This document shows, in pieces, positions 16,247 to 20,631 of a DNA stretch of 20,631 nt. Each line of letters begins with the position of its first letter. The stretch's first letter is position 1. The DNA is taken from positions 5,114 through 25,744 of IMG/VR virus record IMGVR_UViG_3300029583_000202, one strand, 5' to 3'. The notes below the pieces were generated by a model, which worked only from the letters and a program-made list of their open reading frames with translations, searched no databases and was not told where the DNA came from. The translations under genes and the position numbers were made by a program. The stretch comes from a virus.

Positions 16247-16279
16247 AACAGCGTGCAGGCATTTCGCCTACACGCTGTT
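16247..16279 (-). terminator. strong intrinsic terminator inside the leader of the GHKL operon
   Basis: 14-bp stem: plus-strand AACAGCGTGCAGGC (16247-16260) with GCCTACACGCTGTT (16266-16279), containing one G-U pair, and a 5-nt loop. On the minus strand the stem runs into UUUUGCUU. Confidence 0.6.
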
Positions 16280-16488
16280 CCATACCGCTATGAGGGTGCG
16301 GAGATCTGACGCCCGAGCGCACACGGAGGGAGTTTTATAGCAGCCGTATCTTGCCAAACGGGGCAAAACAGGGTATACTGCTTCCAGACGGTGCGGCTTC
16401 AGCCGTTGTGTAGGTGGTCCTATCACCTGCGCAGGTTGCGGAGTGTTGGTAGCGCTCCGCAGCTGCCGTTGTTTTACTTTGTAATGAT

Positions 16489-16517
16489 AGTATAGCATAT
16501 GTGTATGCACATATCAA
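16489..16517 (-). promoter_or_regulatory. leftward sigma-70 promoter with operator 1 in its spacer
   Basis: Minus strand: TTGATA (16517-16512), a 17-nt spacer, then TATACT (16494-16489). Confidence 0.55.
16497..16514. promoter_or_regulatory. operator 1: 18-bp palindrome ATATGTG-TATG-CACATAT
   Basis: Perfect 7-bp inverted arms. Identical to operator 2 apart from one base in the central 4 nt. Confidence 0.6.
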
Positions 16518-16556
16518 TAGGCAATGTATCCAAATATTCTTGTAATAATCTGTGAA

Positions 16557-16574
16557 ATATGTGTATTCACATAT
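16557..16574. promoter_or_regulatory. operator 2: 18-bp palindrome ATATGTG-TATT-CACATAT
   Basis: Second copy, centred 60 bp from operator 1. It overlaps the -35 of the rightward promoter. Confidence 0.6.
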
Positions 16575-16594
16575 GGCTTCTTATTTTGTAAGAT
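16566..16594 (+). promoter_or_regulatory. rightward promoter for the RHH gene
   Basis: TTCACA (16566-16571), a 17-nt spacer, then TAAGAT (16589-16594). ATG 16625 follows a GAAGG SD-like element. Confidence 0.4.
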
Positions 16595-16624
16595 GAAACA
16601 AAGAGGATAGAAGGCGGTATTCCA

Positions 16625-16813
16625 ATGAAGCAGACCGAGGCGCAATTGCGCGCCAGTAAAAAATATCACGAAAAACTGGAGAACATTCAGCTGCGCGTCC
16701 CCAAAGGTGAAAAGGGGAATATCGCAGAGCACGCCAAGGCGCGGGGAGAGTCCACCAACGCGTTCATTTACCGCGCCGTGAAGGAAACCATCGCGCGCGA
16801 CGAGCAGAAATAA
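16625..16813 (+). CDS. ribbon-helix-helix (Arc/CopG-like) DNA-binding protein
   Basis: Listed 62-aa ORF. Beta-strand IQLRVPK, then two helices EKGNIAEHAKARGES and TNAFIYRAVKETIARDE. This is the typical RHH layout found on Firmicutes mobile elements. Confidence 0.75.
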   Translation: MKQTEAQLRASKKYHEKLENIQLRVPKGEKGNIAEHAKARGESTNAFIYRAVKETIARDEQK

Positions 16814-17077
16814 AGCAAACGGACGGGGAGGGCAGAGCAATGACAAGGGAAGCTCTAAGTATCATTGCAATGAAACAACCCTCCTCAAGAAAGCCCTATA
16901 AGGCAACACCAGCGGCAGACTTCCGACTATGAGCCGCGGCCTGCGCCCGCCAATCCCGACAGGCCCCGTTCGATTTGGAAGCAGATGAAAACCTCCGCAA
17001 TACAGGCCGAGGCTGACCGGGGGAAATCCGCCCCAAAGGAAAATGTCCCCTGACTGGGGCGATAGATATGTCCACCT

Positions 17078-17129
17078 TTAGGATCCTGTGCCGCAAGGCG
17101 TGTGGGTTCGAGTCCCACTACCCGTACCA
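17078..17129 (+). pseudogene. 3' half of a type-II tRNA (tRNA-Leu, UAG-anticodon-like): probable att-site duplicate
   Basis: TTAGGA-TCCTG (anticodon loop remainder plus 3' anticodon stem). Variable arm TGCC-GCAA-GGCG. T-arm GTGGG-TTCGAGT-CCCAC. Acceptor 3' strand TACCCGT, then discriminator A and CCA. No matching 5' acceptor (ACGGGTA), D-arm or 5' anticodon stem lies upstream, so it is not an intact tRNA. Confidence 0.65.
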
Positions 17130-17249
17130 AAATCAAAGTTTATTATCAGGAAGAGAGAAATAATAAAAAACTTTATTGATTTGGCTTTTCCAAAAGAGTC
17201 TGCAGACAATTATTATCAAAACCAAACAAAAGCTGCGGTAGACAACTTT

Positions 17250-17387
17250 ATGTATATTGAAAAAGAGTGGTTCGAGAAGATATTTGAACCAAGCACATAC
17301 TATATCCTTGGGCCTAAGGGAAGTGGGAAAACTTTATATGCTGCGTATATGTGTGCTCATGTGCGCAAAAATTCTCGAGGATATTGA
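17250..17387 (+). pseudogene. N-terminal fragment of a P-loop NTPase gene, truncated at about nt 17375
   Basis: AT-rich. MYIEKEWFEKIFEPSTYYILGPKGSGKTLYAAYM... has a Walker A motif (GPKGSGKT). The reading frame dies 10-15 codons later, where it runs into inverted IS110 sequence. The true start could be upstream, near SD AGGAAGAGAG at 17149-17158. Confidence 0.55.
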
Positions 17388-17745
17388 ACACCGGTATCCA
17401 GAACTTACCGGAGGATTCCATACAAACATCGTTACAGTCGTATTTGGCAAGCCAGTCAGCCAGTTCCTGCAAGCCTTTTGTAAAGGAGGAAAAGCGAGCC
17501 TGCTTATACTCTGTACGTCCATTTGTGTCAGTAATTCCGATACAGGCGTAAATCCAGGTCTTGTGAACATCCAGTCCACAGCAGTTTTTGCGGAAAATCT
17601 TAAATGCCGCTATACAGCCCCACCACTCACCTCCACGGGTTCTGTAGTGTACCGAACTCTCCGTGGATATTGTAACAAATTTTGAAAATGTGCGAAAGGC
17701 CGCAGGTTTCATAACCCCGTCGGTGCCTTTCGCAGAAAGGCGGAT
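17374..17745 (-). mobile_element. orphan 5' end of an IS110-family element: about 70 N-terminal codons of the DEDD transposase plus the upstream non-coding end
   Basis: Minus-strand translation ...KNCCGLDVHKTWIYACIGITDTNGRTEYKQARFSSFTKGLQELADWLAKYDCNDVCMESSGKFWIPVFNILE matches the IS110 N-terminal DEDD domain (G-[IL]-D-V-[HS]-K ... ME[AS][TS]G.[YF]W). Similarity stops at about 17375. No canonical in-frame start codon. An extended -10 (TGTTACAAT, plus-strand coordinates 17670-17678) and hairpins lie upstream. Confidence 0.7.
17691..17734. repeat. 10-bp inverted repeat with a 24-nt loop in the IS110-fragment non-coding end
   Basis: TGCGAAAGGC (17691-17700) pairs with GCCTTTCGCA (17725-17734). 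It can be extended with a bulge by CCG/CGG. Confidence 0.6.
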
Positions 17746-17752
17746 TATACAC

Positions 17753-20631
17753 ATGAAGCACAAGCGAAGCGGCAGAGTGACGGCTCTGCTCCTTTCCGCT
17801 GTCCTGACGCTCTGCCTGCTCCCCCTGCCGGTCAGGGCCGCGGGCGCGGAGACGAGCGTTCAGCTCGGCGATTACATTCAACTGGGCCGCTACGACGGCG
17901 AGCCGATTTTGTGGCGCTGCGTCAGCGTGGACGAAAACGGCCCCCTGATGCTCTCGGACAGAGTACTGTGCGACTCTATGCCCTATGACGCGCAGACCGG
18001 CGAAAATTCCGACAGCGGCTCCCACCGGCGCAGCGGCTACCGGAGCAAATACGGCTCCAACCACTGGCGGGACAGCGATATGCGCTCGTGGCTCAATTCC
18101 GACGCCGACGCCGGACAGGTGAAATGGCTCTGCGGCAACCCGCCCAAGGACGGCTATATCCTAGGCGGCGGCGCGTATGACGGCAAGGCGGGCTTCCTCA
18201 ACGGCTTTACGAGAGACGAGGCCGCCGCCATCAAAACGGTGACGCAGCGTTCCATCGTTTCCCACCCGGAGTACACCGCGGGCTACATCGACGCCCCGGG
18301 CACCGACCTCCCCTACAACACCGATATCGGCTCGGTGGCGGACGGCTACGAGGGCGCGCATTACGAGAACATCACCGACAAGGTGTTCCTGCTGGATGTC
18401 AAGCAGCTCCACACCGTCTATGAAAGCCTCGGCGGCTACTACATCGGGCAGAACCGGAACGGTGTCAGCTGGAACTACTGGCTGCGGACGCCGGTGACGA
18501 ACTGCAACCACGATATGCGCTATGTAAGCTCGCAGGGGAGCATCGGGCGCGACGCGCCCTACAAGGGCTACTACGGCGTCCGTCCGGCGTTTTATCTGGA
18601 CGCGGCGTATTATGCCGTGACCTCCGGCAGCGGCACGGCGGCTGACCCCTATGTTGGCGCCGCGCCGAGCAAGCCGGCGGACAGCACACCCCTTTCTCCC
18701 GCCGAGCGGGACACCGGCGACGGGAATTGGGATGTGGACACCGAGACGTATCTTCAGGTGAAGATGAGCGAACGCTACACGACCGACCGTGAGTACGCCA
18801 ACCCCACCATTCCGGTGTATGTGATCCAGAAGCCCCGCAGCGACACGGAGAACATGGTGATCCTGTTCTGCGCCGAGGGCTACACCAAAAGCCAGCAGGC
18901 GGATTTCATCAAGGATGTTCAGCAGCTGTGGCAGGCAACGCTGAACACGGAGCCGTACCGCAGCATGGCGGACCGCTTCAATGTCTATGCGCTCTGCACG
19001 GCGTCGAAAGACGGCTTTAACGGCAGCAGCACGTTTTTCCAGGCGAATAAAAACGGCATCTCCGTCAACTACGGAGTCTGGAGAAACCACATTTTAGAGC
19101 GCATCATAGGCACGGCCTTCCTTGAAAAGATCCATGACGCGCACATTCCCAACACGACCATGCCGGAGGCCGATGAATACAGACAGTATGATTACGTTTA
19201 TGAGCACATCAACCAGTTTGTTGTGCTGGCGAACAGCGGGGAATATTTCGGCGGCTCCCACGATGAGATAAAAAGCGGCATCCACTATATTCTGGCAGCC
19301 GCGAAACACAACGACTCCCCGTTTATCCTGCGCCATGAGCTGGGGCACGGACTGTTTCATTTAGGCGACGAGTATGCGACCAGCTCGACCCCCGTGGGGG
19401 AGGCGTCCTACAGCGCCTCGCTGAATATCTCTCACACGGCGGACCCCACGCAGGTAAAGTGGAAGAATATGCTGGGCTTCCGTAATACCTATTCCTGCCC
19501 GCACAGGGACGATTCGTATGTGTACAATTCCAGCTTCGAGTGCCTCATGCGGGAGAATAGAAGAAACGAATTCTGCGATGTGTGTACCCTTCAGGGCACC
19601 AAGCGCATGAGCCAGCTGATCTCCGACCCGCCCGCCCTCTATGCGGCGGTACCGGAGGTGAAGCTCTACACCGGCGAGTATAAAAACCCCTCCGAGAACG
19701 CCGACGCTTACCGGCAGGCAAATTACTCCGGCTATTGGAGGTATCAGCAGGATCGGGAGAGCCGCCTTCTGAGCGGCAGCTACAAAAGCCGCCTCTCTCC
19801 GGACATGAAGGGGCGGGAGATCGAGTTGCGGACCATCGTTCAAAACCTCTCCGACACCAAAGAGCAGACCGTAACGCTGCGCCTGTGGGTGCAGCACAGC
19901 GGCAGCAGGGAGTTCTTGGCGGAAAAGGACTTTCCCATTCCCGTCTGGAGCGAAAAGTCCAAGTTCTGGCCCAAGGGCGCGCTGGAATACACGGGCAGCA
20001 ACTTTGATTCCGGCCTCGTCAACTGCTCTCTCGTTTATAAGCTCTCGGAGGACACGGAGCTGTACGCCGGCGACACCATCGGCTTTGAGGTGGTGGACGG
20101 GAAGGGGAATACCCTTGCCACCGACGCCACCGAAAATCAGTCCTACACCCCCGTCACCGTTCGCTATGCGCTGGAGGACGGCACGGCGATGCCCAACACC
20201 GCGCCCTCCATTCTGCCGATTCCGACAGGCGCAAGCGTGAACTGGCAGCCGCCTCAGACCCTGAACGGCCACGCCTTTGTCAATATGAAGGACAACGGCT
20301 CCACGGTCACCTTCGTTTATCAGGAGACCTCGGAGCAGCCGGAGGTAAAGACCTACACGGTGCGCTATGTCTGGGGCGAGGCCCCCTCCGACAGAAAGCT
20401 GCCCACCGACAGCAGGGCTTATCGCAGCGTGGAGCAGGCGAGGGACGCGGTGGACACCACCTTCACCGCCGCTTCGACCTCCAACGCGCACAGCGGCGGA
20501 CATAACGGCACATGGACGTTCTCCGGCTGGGACAACGGCACCTTAGAGGGCACGACCGTGGTGTTCCGCGGAGCATGGCGCTTTACCGCGGACAGCGGCT
20601 CCGCGGGCGGTGGCTCCGCGGGCGGCGGCTC
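17753..20631 (+). CDS. secreted multidomain surface protein: DUF6273-like domain, M64 (IgA-peptidase-like) zinc metallopeptidase domain and SHIRT-like repeat(s); 3' end beyond the window
   Basis: Absent from the ORF track because it has no stop in the window. I translated it by hand from ATG 17753 to nt 20631 and found 959 codons with no stop. Signal peptide MKHKRSGRVTALLLSAVLTLCLLPLPVRA/AGA. DUF6273-like landmarks: ILWRCV, MRSWLN, DKVFLLD, YWLRTP, GVRPAFYL. M64-like landmarks: VILFCAEGYT, FNVYAL, and HELGH (19334-19348) followed by GLFHLGDEY. C-terminal YTVRYVW...GTWTFSGWD...FRGAWRF. The long minus-strand ORFs here are GC-driven shadows. Confidence 0.85.
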   Translation, partial: MKHKRSGRVTALLLSAVLTLCLLPLPVRAAGAETSVQLGDYIQLGRYDGEPILWRCVSVDENGPLMLSDRVLCDSMPYDAQTGENSDSGSHRRSGYRSKYGSNHWRDSDMRSWLNSDADAGQVKWLCGNPPKDGYILGGGAYDGKAGFLNGFTRDEAAAIKTVTQRSIVSHPEYTAGYIDAPGTDLPYNTDIGSVADGYEGAHYENITDKVFLLDVKQLHTVYESLGGYYIGQNRNGVSWNYWLRTPVTNCNHDMRYVSSQGSIGRDAPYKGYYGVRPAFYLDAAYYAVTSGSGTAADPYVGAAPSKPADSTPLSPAERDTGDGNWDVDTETYLQVKMSERYTTDREYANPTIPVYVIQKPRSDTENMVILFCAEGYTKSQQADFIKDVQQLWQATLNTEPYRSMADRFNVYALCTASKDGFNGSSTFFQANKNGISVNYGVWRNHILERIIGTAFLEKIHDAHIPNTTMPEADEYRQYDYVYEHINQFVVLANSGEYFGGSHDEIKSGIHYILAAAKHNDSPFILRHELGHGLFHLGDEYATSSTPVGEASYSASLNISHTADPTQVKWKNMLGFRNTYSCPHRDDSYVYNSSFECLMRENRRNEFCDVCTLQGTKRMSQLISDPPALYAAVPEVKLYTGEYKNPSENADAYRQANYSGYWRYQQDRESRLLSGSYKSRLSPDMKGREIELRTIVQNLSDTKEQTVTLRLWVQHSGSREFLAEKDFPIPVWSEKSKFWPKGALEYTGSNFDSGLVNCSLVYKLSEDTELYAGDTIGFEVVDGKGNTLATDATENQSYTPVTVRYALEDGTAMPNTAPSILPIPTGASVNWQPPQTLNGHAFVNMKDNGSTVTFVYQETSEQPEVKTYTVRYVWGEAPSDRKLPTDSRAYRSVEQARDAVDTTFTAASTSNAHSGGHNGTWTFSGWDNGTLEGTTVVFRGAWRFTADSGSAGGGSAGGG
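20597..20631 (+). repeat. 15-nt tandem repeat encoding a GSAGG linker, continuing past the window edge
   Basis: GGCTCCGCGGGCGGT (20597-20611), GGCTCCGCGGGCGGC (20612-20626), then GGCTC... . It lies inside the surface-protein ORF. Confidence 0.6.

Noticed and set aside
16268-16517. 80-aa and 60-aa minus-strand ORFs in the leader region
   Set aside because: They start inside the promoter/operator, have no SD and run through the intrinsic terminator. The composition is Arg/Pro/Thr-rich and unlike real proteins.
16840-16932. 30-codon ORF (MTREALSIIAMKQPSSRKPYKATPAADFRL) with SD GGGGAGGG after the RHH gene, considered as a toxin partner
   Set aside because: It is too short and featureless to call. 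It may be the stump of a gene cut by the integration junction. I do not claim an RHH/toxin pair.
16850-17129. Intact tRNA or tmRNA (ssrA) ending at the CCA at 17127-17129
   Set aside because: The 5' acceptor strand, D-arm and 5' anticodon stem are absent. A variable arm is present, unlike tmRNA. There is no G3-U70 pair, tag reading frame or GGGG...UUCGAC 5' end. It is called a tRNA-Leu 3' half only.
16896-17136. 66-aa and 69-aa minus-strand ORFs over the tRNA fragment (including the VGLEPTR peptide)
   Set aside because: This is the classic spurious translation of a tRNA T-arm read in reverse. There are no coding signals.
17627-20503. Minus-strand ORFs 17627-18064, 18161-19090, 19094-19360 and 19361-20503
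   Set aside because: These are antisense shadows of the open-ended + strand surface-protein gene. Their composition is Ala/Gly/Arg/Val/His-rich with no motifs. The + frame has a signal peptide, HELGH and conserved domain landmarks.
1-20631. CRISPR arrays, rRNA genes, a DNA methyltransferase partner for the nuclease, integrase or terminase genes
   Set aside because: I looked for regularly spaced direct repeats, rRNA-like conserved blocks, methyltransferase motifs (DPPY/NPPY, FxGxG) and integrase or terminase-like ORFs. I found none in this window.

Overview
Read by eye only, with no searches run. This looks like a high-GC Firmicutes-type chromosomal segment, possibly an Oscillospiraceae-like gut Clostridium, judged only from composition and protein families. 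It is a clear patchwork. (1) nt 1-6669, + strand: a cell-surface polysaccharide block with an unknown partial ORF, a Gfo/Idh/MocA sugar oxidoreductase, a Wzy/O-antigen-ligase-like polymerase, a MurJ/MviN-like flippase and an AsnB-type amidotransferase. It ends in a strong bidirectional terminator. (2) nt 6670-7303: an AT-richer stretch that looks mostly non-coding. It has a near-consensus minus-strand promoter, several hairpins and one doubtful small membrane ORF. (3) nt 7304-10383, - strand: a five-gene prophage remnant (SPP1-type portal, DUF4355-like scaffold, tail fibre, two small tail-fibre-associated ORFs). No terminase, capsid, tail or lysis genes are present. (4) nt 10552-14095: an 810-aa O-antigen-ligase-like membrane protein and, divergently, an ST7/TPR-like helical protein. 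Near-consensus divergent promoters lie between them. (5) nt 14269-16813, my top candidate for a novel system: a GHKL (HATPase_c_3, paraMORC-like) ATPase fused to a C-terminal PD-(D/E)xK nuclease motif, translationally coupled to a small XRE-HTH protein. Upstream is a leader of about 440 nt with two terminator-like hairpins and a micro-ORF. Further upstream are back-to-back promoters, each overlapped by the same 18-bp palindromic operator, and a divergent ribbon-helix-helix gene. (6) nt 17078-17750: integration and recombination scars, namely the 3' half of a tRNA-Leu, a truncated P-loop ATPase gene, and an orphan 5' end of an IS110-family element. (7) nt 17753 to the window end: an open-ended ORF of at least 959 codons that is missing from the supplied ORF track. 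It encodes a secreted DUF6273 / M64-like zinc metallopeptidase / SHIRT-like surface protein. No CRISPR array, rRNA or intact tRNA was seen.
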